From the NCBI GenBank assembly GCA_965645245.1, contig OZ287088.1:558001-622000 (forward strand): DNA of 64,000 nt, in the 5' to 3' direction. This DNA is from Massalongia carnosa (taxonomy: Eukaryota). Positions 49,901 through 60,969 of this stretch are shown here, one piece after another; position 1 is the stretch's first letter; every line of letters starts with the position of its first letter. The notes beneath the pieces are model-generated. The model was not told the origin of the DNA, searched no databases, and saw only the letters and a list, made by a program, of their open reading frames with translations. Position numbers and translations under genes: made by a program.

Positions 49901-52510
49901 GAGAAAATAGTTGCTAATCGACTTGCCTACCTCGGCGAAAATTCGAGCTTGTTAGATACCGAACAAATAGGCGGACGCAAAAATCATTCTGCAATCGATG
50001 AGGTTATGAACGTCGTTCATGATATCGAAATCGCAAACCGAAACAAAAACGTTTTATCATGTCTATTACTCGATGTCAAAGGAGCATTTGACTTTGTTTC
50101 CATTATTCAATTGCTAAATGTCATGAAAAAGCTGCATTTATCTCGCATAGTTATTCAATGGGTCAAGCATTTTATGACAAAACGATCGATCAATTTGATA
50201 TCGATGAACGCAAAAGCAAAACGTACTATATCGAATCTGGAATTCCACAAGGTTCACCCATCTCGCCAATTCTATTTCTGATTTATATTCGTTACTTATT
50301 CCCGAAAATACGAATGAAATTCAATGCTCATTCACCTATCTTTATAGACGATGTTGCAATATATGTCGAAAATAAAACTGCCAAACAGAATTGCAAAGAA
50401 ATCGAAATTATCTTCAAAACAGCTTTTTATTGGGCCGCAACGAATAATGTCAAATTTGATAACGACAAATCTGAGTTGATTCACTTCGAAAAGTCAAGAA
50501 ATGCATCAAAACACAAAGTGCAATTACCAAACGGGACAATACTAGAAACGAAAAAATCTGTCAAATGGTTATGAGTCTGGTTAGACCGAAAACTAAATTA
50601 CAAAAAACACGTCGAAACGCGAATTGCTTCTGCAAATCGAATGTTTTTCGCAACTCAAAATTTGATGAAGTCTGAATGGGGACTAATGCCAACTGCATGC
50701 AGACAGCTCTATTTGTCATGCATTATTCCTATTTCGGACTATGGCTCAGAAATCAGGTATAATGGTAAAAAGAAAAATGAAAAGCTATTTCAGAATCTGC
50801 AAAATCGAATGATTCGAAAGATTTTAGGCACATTCAAAACCAAGCTTGTTCAGGTGATGGAAATTGAATCGCATATTTACAAGCCAAGCTACGATTGTTG
50901 ATTTAAAAATCAAAAATACGCAATTCGATTACTGAAGATTGCCGAAAATAATCCTATTTGTCAAGGAATTCCCAGTACCTATTCGGTAAAATTCAAAAAC
51001 ATCGGTTTTGACACTAGTTTAAAGAACAACAGATATGTTGAATTGAACGAAGACCAGAAAAATCGAATAAACCTCATCATAGTCAGTTTATCCATATTCT
51101 TTATTCCGTTTCGGATATAGTTCACAAAACTGATGAATTCGAATCAGTATATAATTTCATCCAACCATGGATGCCCTCTTGTAAAATCAAGTTCCAAATC
51201 GAAAGATCAAAAGAAACAGCGAAGTCAAGTTATTATTCGACTTTATAAAAAATTCAATCAATTAACGCAGATAAATCGCGAGTGTTACTCTATACTGATG
51301 GATCAAGAACCGAGTATTCAACTTCCGCTGTCACATTTGCACCAATTATGGGAAATTGGAACAATTTCACTGATAACTTCAATCGTTTTATCGAAAAATA
51401 TTGTCTCCTCAAACATCATACGATCTCGAAAAGCTGGAAATTAAAAAAACAGTCAAGCGTTAAAAAGGCTGAACTGTATGCGATACTACGAGCATTAAAA
51501 TGGCCATATAAATTGACAATTGCGAATATTCTCTCCAATTTAGAAAAAACGATTTGGATTTTTTCTGATAGCATAAACGCGATAAACGAAACTCAGAACT
51601 TTACAAATCATACTTACGCAAAACAAATTCGAAAATTCTCGAAATGCTTATTCGGAAACAATTATCAGGTGGTTCTACAATGGATTCCTAGTCATTCAAA
51701 AATCGTCGAAAATGAAATTGCAGATAAAGCAGCAAAAGCGGGACATAGTCGAATCCTAGTCGAGTCTTCGATAATAACATTTGATTATATAAGGGTCAAA
51801 TAAATCGAAATATGTTATCCACAAGGGCGAATCAATGGCAACAATGCAAGTCAAAAGGCAAATACTATGAGAAATTCGAATTGCAGCCGGGCAAATCGAG
51901 TTTTTATTATCTGTCGAATAATTGTACAAAATTGATATTTGAGACTATTATGCAAATGAAATTGGGACACGGTTGTTTTCGATCATATCTGCACCGATTG
52001 AAAGATTATAATTCGTCAAAATGCACAGGGCGCTGCAACGAACGTCAAACGCCAGAACACTTATTGATAAATTGCATACATTATTCCAATGAAATCCTAA
52101 ACATGAAACAAAATATCGATACCACAATTACTTTAAAAATATTGTTTAATACTAGGATCGGAAATAATATTTTGATTAATTTTATTGTTGATAACAAAAT
52201 CTCGACTAGAAAATGTATGCTAGGTCAGCTCGATGACGAAAAAATAGAAACAGGAGGTTGGGGAGAGATTGAACAGTAAAATTAGAAATCATTTATGCTG
52301 GAATATTCACTAGCTTTCAAAAACTAATTGAAAAATCGATATTTCGATTACTAAAGATTGTTACTAACACGGAGTAAAAACGGGGCAATATTGACGATAC
52401 ATAGTTGGGTTATAAAGGGTTGATTTAATTGTAAAATAAAAACATATCTTAAAATAGTTTAGTGTCATAACCTTAGGTTGAATACACCCAATGAATAAAT
52501 AAATAAAAAA

Positions 52511-53020
52511 TCACTAGCAACACAGATAAGAACGGAAAAAATCAGACTGGCCAACTTTCTATATCGGCGTAAGGTCCCAGGTATGAACACGGCGGCATGT
52601 CCCTACGGAAGCCTCTTACAAACAGCCAACATGTAATCATGTTCTGCAGACTGCACGAACACAGAACGCACATGCTACGAACGGCAGGCTCGTCAGACTA
52701 CCGCAAGCTAATTACCGAACCCAAAGCTCTCAAAGTAGTAACCGCGTGGCTAATGCGCACATGTATTTTAACACAGTATTTCATTGCCACGCAACTGCTT
52801 GAACAGCAGCCGTGCAGTCTCTCTTCAGTTTGAAAAACAGATATAGCAGATTTTCGAGATTCAGAAATCAATTCGCGGGAGAGGCGAACCCCCGATGAAG
52901 CGGATACGCAGGAATAGTTTTTCACCTTTAGGTTTTCTACTTATTACATAGCTTATATAGCATCCCCTGCATGGGCCGGCCTCCGGCGGGTGACACAACT
53001 GCGTAAGAATAATCAAATCA
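52511..53020 (+). mobile_element. 3' end of a LINE-B-related element
   Basis: SLATQIRTEKIRLANFLYRRKVPG, VTAWLMRT; 3'UTR gcatgggccggcctccggcggg; CAAAT-type tail. Confidence 0.82.
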
Positions 53021-53024
53021 AACC

Positions 53025-53392
53025 AACGCGATAAACGAAATTCATAACTTGACAAATCATATTTTCGCAAGACAAATTCGAAAGCTCGCAAAACGCATTT
53101 TTGAAAGCAATTATCAGGTGATTTTGCAATGGGTTCCGAGTAATTCAAATATAAACAAAATAGCAAACACGGGTCATAATCAAATCCTAGTCGAGTCCTC
53201 GGCGATAACATTTGATTATGTAAAAGATCACATGAATAAAAATATGCTAACCACATGGATGAATCAATGGGAACAATGCAAATCAAAAGGCAAATACTAC
53301 GAGAAATTCGAAATAAAACCTGGCATATCGAGATTTTATTTATTTATTAAACAACTGTTCGAAATTGATATTTGCTACTATTATGCAATTAA
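53025..53392 (+). mobile_element. LINE-A1 RNase H fragment ending abruptly at 53392
   Basis: ORF 53049.. matches A1 copies up to ...tatgcaattaa, then changes to unrelated sequence. Confidence 0.85.
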
Positions 53393-55287
53393 CAAGCATC
53401 TCGAACTTTGTAAAGTGGTACGAGGAATGTCAAATATGCGAGCAGCGCATATCTTGCTTTCAAGTGGATTTTCTATTAGAAACTGCTTAGCATCATTCGC
53501 GTGACAGTATCATTACAATTCATGATTGTTAAATGAACAAGTTACCATCGGTCCTCACCACGGAGACGCCAAAGGCCTCACCGTGGGGCGACCGTCAAAC
53601 ATAGATTTGCTCCTATCTCTTCGCATCAAAACAATGCTAATTTAACGCGTTCACACGCGTCGCAGACGTACGTACGGAAGAGGATACGAAGGCCAACCGC
53701 CGGGGGGTAGAATGCGCGCGTCCCTGCACCATGCTTCTAAGGGTTCAAGTCCCTTCATGCAGTCATCAGCTGGAAGAAGATGTGGACCAAAGGAGCCGCA
53801 TCATCCCCCACCCGGGCACAGTCGACACGCGTTCTAGCTCCTGAGAGTTCAAGTCTCCCCATGCAGTCATCAGCTGGGATCAACAGAACGCGTAAAGGCA
53901 CCGGGGCGAATGCTGTCACCTCAAGAAAACTCCATCTCGGAGCAGAATAACAATATCCCATTTAATAGGCCCGGCCTGTTAAATAAAATCGAGGAAAACA
54001 AAGTCACAAAACACATAGTCATCAATCACACGTTGTACAAAGCACACAGTCACAAAGCACACAGTCACAAACATACAGTCACAAATACACAGTCACAAAA
54101 CACACAGTCACAAAAAGCACAGTCACAAATCAATAACACGTCCCTGTGAAGGGGGTTCTGCGGGGGCTCGTTAAGACAGATCTGCACCCCGTTAATATCG
54201 GAGTACATATTTTTAGAGGTTCAAGTCCTTTCTAGCAGTCATCAGCTGAAAATAATGTATTTTGACACGGGCATGGTGTGGATTTGACACGGGTAGACCT
54301 CGATGGATCACAAAACGAATGAAAAGAGTTCAGCGGAACTTCGTTAATATTGTTCTCGAAGACCTCGTTAATAAGATTTTCATAGATCTCGTTAACAACG
54401 TTCGGTCATACTCTTAAAGGTTCAAGTCCTTTCATGCAGTCATCGGCTGAGAGCTAAAGACGTACTACACGGGTCAGCTATGTCTATCACACGGGTCTCC
54501 TTCGTCTACAACACGGAGCCCTCCGGCTGAAAGAAATAAAAAATATAGACACATAGTGTAGGGTCACACCCTACACGATACAAGGGATTTAGGTTATGAA
54601 AACCATCCGATTGATGGCTACCGTGAGCAACACGGCCCGAACCGGAGTCGTACCGGGGATGGTGGAGGCAACCTAGTCATCAAATAGGACACCCTTGGGA
54701 CAAGAAGAGGGCAATATACGAGGAACCCGTTAATTGATAACAGTCTAGGCCCTGAGCTAATAGACGAATTTCAAACGAGCACCCCTCCGAGTTGTCCTCG
54801 ACTTGTTTTGGTTAGTAGGGACGGAAAATCGATACTATACTGCCTGGTCAGGAGCATAGCTGTCGAAATCCCTGCGAGACATGGTCGGTTCATAAACGGG
54901 AGACCTTTATGAATAACGCGAAGTGGGCGTAAAAAACCCGTGAGGCGTGGTATGCAATGGCGGCCACCGTACGGAGACCGTCTGCATAGCCCGAGAGGAC
55001 AGTATGCGCATGTCGGTGTATATAGAGCAGGGAATGTCTATCTCGCTCGTAACGAGACCCCGTCGGTTCGCCGGCGCATAGGCTACGGCTAGACTCGCCC
55101 TTGATATATGCTTAAGGAGTAAACTGGGTTTGACCTGGGCGAAAGGGACGTCGTTCACCCCAATCGTAGAATTCATCAATAGTCTTGGGCCGTAAAACGC
55201 ACCAGTGAGATGAACGAAAACTGGGATAGAGACTTCACGAAGGAGATGTCAACTCTATTTTATCATTCTTAGCCCCGTCTTGAACCT
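53393..55287 (+). ncRNA. Large structured RNA region, probably the 5' leader of the LINE-A2 copy downstream
   Basis: Four covarying T-loop junction modules, long G-U-rich rods, many GNRA/UNCG hairpins and no credible ORF; directly abuts ORF1. Confidence 0.6.
54000..54130 (+). repeat. ~12-13-bp tandem repeat (CACAGTCACAAA)n, about 8 units
   Basis: Directly visible. Confidence 0.9.
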
Positions 55288-56718
55288 ATGGATCAAACTC
55301 GCGAATATGCATCAGCCCCGTCAACACCGACACCAAAGGCAACGAAATTCCTATCGGGTCCATTTTCCACTATCTTGCCGATGCCTTCATTGAACTTAAA
55401 CATTGGATTAAGCCCACCAATCAAACGAAATAAAAGACGCACATTTGACGAACATTCGAGAGATAGCCAAGAAGCGATCAATCGGGCAAATTCAATTGAG
55501 CTTCTAAAGTCGGCCAAAAAAGCATTATTGCAATCATTTGTACTGGACCAAAATCCACAAACGGCTATCGTAATTGACAACGTTAATTCGTTGATTTCGA
55601 AAAAATCAATCAATTTACAAACATCCTTAGATATGATTAACTATAAAATGGGCATAGTACTTGATCAAACTAGTCATCTTTCCTCAAAAACGTCACAACA
55701 ACAAACGACTCCACTACAGAATGGTCCAAAAATCCAAAAACCTGTTGTTAAATTGAACGAAAATTCAATTATCGAAAATCAGACCATTCGCAAAGGAGCC
55801 ACCGGGGTCTCTGGTAACAATGTTAGCACAACCGGTACATGGAGTTAAATGCTTGGAAAAGCAACCGAAAACTCCGAAAATTGGACTACTATTCAAAGGA
55901 AAAGTTCGAATCATAATTCGAACAAAGTCGATCGATTTCATGCAATCAAGGCCAGACGACTCGTGATTTCACCGAAAAATCCTGACGCTCAAATCGACTC
56001 TATGAAGTTGCGTGATGAAATTAACGCGCTATTAAAAAACGCAAATTTAAACATCATCGTCAATACTTTTGAAAAGTCCAAAACCGGTCAGAATATCGTT
56101 CTCACCACTAGCCCTGACAACAATGCCGAAGAATTGTTGAAAAATAAATCTTCATGGGAACAGATTTTCGAATCACAAAGAATTCGAAAAGACGAATCCT
56201 GGTTTAAAGTCATAGCACACGGAGTAAATATCTCGTTATTCGATAATAACATGCAATATTTGCAAACCGAAATCGAAAAATACAATTCGAATATGCAACT
56301 ATGCGATTTACCAAGATGGCTTGCTCGGGATCGTCAAAACAAAGTCACGTCGTCGGTAGTTTTGACTTTCAATAATCAAAATCAAGCGTCAAACGCGTTA
56401 AGAGGCGTGAATATCGCGGGTAGACATTGTGACACGGAAATAATTGCTTCCGTTCGTCCAAACACGCAATGTATTAATTGTCAGAAATTTGGACATAAGC
56501 ATTATCAATGCAAAAGTCCGGCAAAATGCAATATATGCGCACAAAGTCATGAAACGCATAATCATGAATGCACAAGCTGCAAGTGTAAAATCGCATGCGC
56601 ACATGCAATTCTGAAATGCGTCAATTGCAACAAAAATCATCAATCGAACGATATAGGTTGCGAAATGTTTATCTCGCTAAATCCTAGAAAATCGAATGAT
56701 GAATTAATGCTTGGTTAA
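55288..56718 (+). pseudogene. LINE-A2 ORF1 (three Cys/His knuckles) with one in-frame TAA at 55846-55848
   Basis: QCINCQKFGHKHYQC..CNICAQSHETHNHEC..CVNCNKNHQSNDIGC; homologous to ORF 38928. Confidence 0.92.
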
Positions 56719-59700
56719 TGGCGGGACAACATTCGTTGACAAATATCGAAAATACACAAAATGTCAAATTTATTCAACATAATTGTGCAAAGTCAACGAA
56801 TGCAATGATTTCGTGTCTGGAATATGCAGTATTAAATCGTGTTGATATTGTTTTATTTCAGGAACCATGGACGCGAGATCAAAAAACAATTTCCCATCCG
56901 TCATTCACATGTATTATGCCGAAAATAGCGACTTATCGGCCGAGAGTAGCTATATTCGTTACAAAATGCAATCCAAAATTACAATGCACGCCTAGAACGG
57001 ATCTTATAAACGATACTGATCTGCAAATTATCGAAATTACAATTGATGAAGTTCGAAAAGTGCAGATCTTTAACCTTTACAATGAAAAAAGTCTAAACGA
57101 TCGAGAAACATATACAATCGATCGACTTTTAGTTAAATATCAACCTATATCAACTGATCAATTTGTCATATGAGGAGATTTCAATGCACATCATAGCTGG
57201 TGGAATTCGAAGATTCAAAATGCAATTCGATCAGAAAATCTAGTCAAATGGTTAAAATTAAACAAATGTAGTTTGATAAATACGCCTGATCTATATACAT
57301 TTTTTGCTCATTCAGGAAATTCTTCATCTATTATTGATTTAACATTTGCAAATTCTAAAATCGAAAACGCAATTACAAATTGGTCAATCGATGAAAACGC
57401 AGTCACGGGTTCAGATCATGAAGTTATTCGATTTGAACTTATCGCGTCTTTCAAGAACTTGACGTCACACGCAACCGCATTATCGAATAAATACAACTGC
57501 AATAAAGCCGATTGGGATAAATTCGCGAAGTTTCTAGACGAAAATGCAATAAACTACGAGTCCCATATACAAAGTCTATTGAACAGTTATCAATTTGATG
57601 AATCAGCGTTATATTTGCAAAACGTTATCAAAAACGCGGCTGAAATGTTTATTCCGAAGACAAAAATATGCGCAAAATCGAAAAATTGGTGGTCGCAAGA
57701 TTTATCCGGACTTCGAAAAATCATGTGTAGACATCGTCGAGAATGGAAGAATAATCCGTCCTATTTTAGTCATCAAACATTTAGACATAGTCGAATCGAG
57801 TACTTTCATGCAATTCGAAAAGCGAAACAGCAAACTTGGTTGGCTTTCCTCGAAAACGCAGCGAATAAAGACGTATTTACAGCTTATAAATACACTAAAC
57901 CGCGCATGTTCGAAAAAATACCACCTATTCAATATGAAAATAAGTTAAATGTTCAATTCGATCACAAATGCGATGCGTTTGTGTCAGCAATGTACACAAA
58001 AAACCCGTTCACTGATGATAATATTGAAGATTTAACGAATCAAGACAGCGAAAATGACAACAATTGGCCGAATTAAACAGAAAATGAATTGCAAAATGCG
58101 ATTAGTTTGTTTAATCCAAAGAAATCATGTGGGCCTGATGCAATCAATTTCACAATAATTCAAAAATCGTTTCAACCATTGAAAAACGTGTTTTTTACTA
58201 TTTATTCTAAATTTATACAAATCGGTTATCACCCGTTATGTTGGCGAACAGGACTCGGTGCTGTTTTAAAAAAACCTAATAAACCAGACTACTCGCTGCC
58301 AAAATCATATCGAATTATTACCTTACTGAATTGTCTTGGTAAAATTGCGGAGAAAATAGTTGCTAATCGACTAGCCTACCTCGGCGAAAATTCGAGCTTG
58401 TTAGATACCGAACAAATGGGCGGACGGAAAAATCATTCTGCAATCGATGCGGTAATGAACGTCGTTCATGATATCGAAATCGCAAACCGAAACAAAAACG
58501 TTTTATCATGTCTATTACTCGATGTCAAAGGAGCATTTGACTTTGTTTCGATTAATCAATTGATAAATGTCATGAAAAAGCTGCATTTATCTCGCATAGT
58601 TATTCAATGGGTCAAGCATTTTATGACAAAACGATCGATCAATTTGATATTCGATGAACACAAAAGCAAAACGTACTATATCGAATCTGGAATTCCACAA
58701 GGTTCACCAATTTCGCCAATTCTATTTCTGATTTATATTCGTTACTTATTTCCGAAAATACGAATAAAATTCAATGCTCATTCACCTAGCTTTATAGACG
58801 ATGTTGCAATATATGTCGAAAATAAAACTGCCACACAGAATTGCAAAGAAATCGAAATTATCGTCAAAACAGCTTTTGATTGGGCCGCAACGAATAATGT
58901 CAAATTTGATGACGACGATTCTGAGTTGATTCACTTCGAAAAGTCAAGAAATGCATCAAAAGACAAAGTGCAATTACCAAACGGGACAATACTAGAACCG
59001 AAAAATTCTTTCAAATGGTTAGGAGTCTGGTTAGACCGAAAACTAAATTACAAAAAACACGTCGAAACGCGAATTGCTTTTGCAAATCGATCGTTTTTCG
59101 CAATTCAAAATTTGATGAAGTCTGAATGGGGACTAAAGCCAACTGCATGCAGACAGCTCTATTTGTCATGCATTATTCCTATTTCGGACTATGGCTCAGA
59201 AATCTGGTATAACGGTCAAAAGAAATATGAAAAGCTATTTCAGAATCTGCAAAATCGAATGATTCGAAAGATTTTAGGCACATTCAAAACGACGCCTGTT
59301 CAGGCGATGGAAATTGAATCGCATATTTTACCAGCCAAGCTACGATTGTTGATGAAAAATCAAAAATACGCAATTAGATTATTGAAGATTGCCGAAAATA
59401 ATCCTATTTGTCAAAGAATTCCCAGTACCTATACGGTGAAATTTGAAAACATTGGTTTTGACACTAGTTTATGGAACAACAGATATGCTGAATGGAACGA
59501 AGACGAGAAAAAATCGAGTAAACCTCATCCTAGTCAGCTTATCCGTATTCTTCATTCCGTTTCGGATAGTGTTCACAAAACTGATGAATTCGAATCAGTA
59601 AATAATTTCATCAAACCATGGAAGCCGTCTTGTAAAATCAAGTTCCAAATCGAAAGATCAAAAGAAACAGCAAAGTCAAGTTATTATTCGACTTTATCAA

Positions 59701-60731
59701 AAATTCAATCAATAAACGCCGATAAATCGCAAATTTTACTCTATACCGTTGGATCAAAAACCGAGTTTTCAACTTCCGCTGTCACATTTGCACCAATTAC
59801 GCGAAATTGGAACAATTTCACCGATAACTTCAATCGTTTTATCGAAAAAGATTGTCTCCTCAAACATCATACGATTTCGAAAAGCTGGAAATTAAACAAA
59901 CAGTCAAGCGTTAAAAACGCTGAACTGTATGCGATACTACAAGCAATAAAATGGGCATACAAATTGACAATTGCGAATATTCTCTTCAATTTGGAAAAAA
60001 CGATTTGGATTTTTTCCGATAGCATAAACGCGATAAACGAAATTCAGAACTTGACAAATCATACTTACGCAAAACAAATTCGAAAATTCTCGAAATGCTT
60101 ATTCGGAAATAATTATCAGGTGGTTCTACAATGGATTCCTAGTCATTCGAAAATCGTCGAAAATGAAATTGCAGATAAAGCAGCTAAAGCGGGACATAGT
60201 CGAATCCTAGTCGAGTCTTCGATAATAACATTTGATTATGTGAAGGGTCAAATAAATCGAAATATTTTAGCCACATGGGCGAATCAATGGCAACAATGCA
60301 AGTCAAAAGGCAAATACTATGAGAAATTCGAAATGCAGCCGGGCAAATCGAGTTTTTATTATCTGTCGAATAATTGTTCTAAATTAATATTTGCAACTAT
60401 TATGCAAATGAAATTCGGACACGGTTATTTTCGATCATATCTGCACCGATTGAAAGATTATAATTCGTCAAAATGCACAGGGCGCTGCAACGAACGTCAA
60501 ACACCAGAACACTTATTGATGAATTGCATACATTATTCAAATGAAATCCTAAACATGAAACAAAATATCGATACCACAATTACTTTAAAAATGTTGTTTA
60601 ATACTAGGATCGGAAATAATATTTTGATTAAATTTATTGTTGATAACAAAATCGCGACTAGAAAATGGATGCTAGGTCGGCTCGATGACGAAAATATCGA
60701 AACGGGAGGTTGGGGAGAGATCGAACAGTAA
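56718..60731 (+). pseudogene. LINE-A2 ORF2 (APE-RT-RNase H-CCHC), one frame with stops at 57171-57173 and 58074-58076; 3'UTR and poly(A) to ~60969
   Basis: FIQHNC, FQEPW, GDFNAHH, SDHEVI, YRIITLLN, LLDVKGAFD, FIDD; the first RNase H Asp is mutated (YTVGS). Confidence 0.93.
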
Positions 60732-60969
60732 AATTAGAAATGATTTATGCTGGAATATTTACGAGCTTAACAAAAACAAATTTTAAAATCGATATTTCGA
60801 TTACTAAAGGTTGTTACTAACACGGAGTAAAAACGGGGCAATATTGACTATACATAGTTGGGTTATAAAGGGTTGATTTATTTGTAAAATAAAACCATAT
60901 CTTAAAATAGTTTAGTGTCATAACCTTAGGTTGAATACACTTAATGAATAAATAAAAAATAAAAAAAAA

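Larger units (their letters stand above)
37828..52510 (+). mobile_element. LINE-A2 host copy (37828-37898 and 47836-52510), degenerate, split by a ~9.9-kb insertion
   Basis: ORF1 sequence is continuous across the 16-bp TSD ACAATTCGAATATGCA; ORF2 fragments span 48275-52279; tail ends at ~52510. Confidence 0.88.

Noticed and set aside
53734..54453. Hammerhead ribozymes on the minus strand (CTGATGA core)
   Set aside because: GAAA follows in only two of four copies (the others have GAAG and GGGG), copy 4 has CCGATGA, stem II and the NUH site do not form, and G-U pairs favour the plus strand.
53734..54453. CRISPR-like array or cluster of tRNA genes
   Set aside because: Spacing is irregular (~105, ~370, ~200 nt), the spacers are self-complementary, the context is eukaryotic with no cas genes, and there are no D or anticodon arms.
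54915..54960. Faint resemblance to LSU rRNA
   Set aside because: Too short, with no flanking conserved rRNA sequence.
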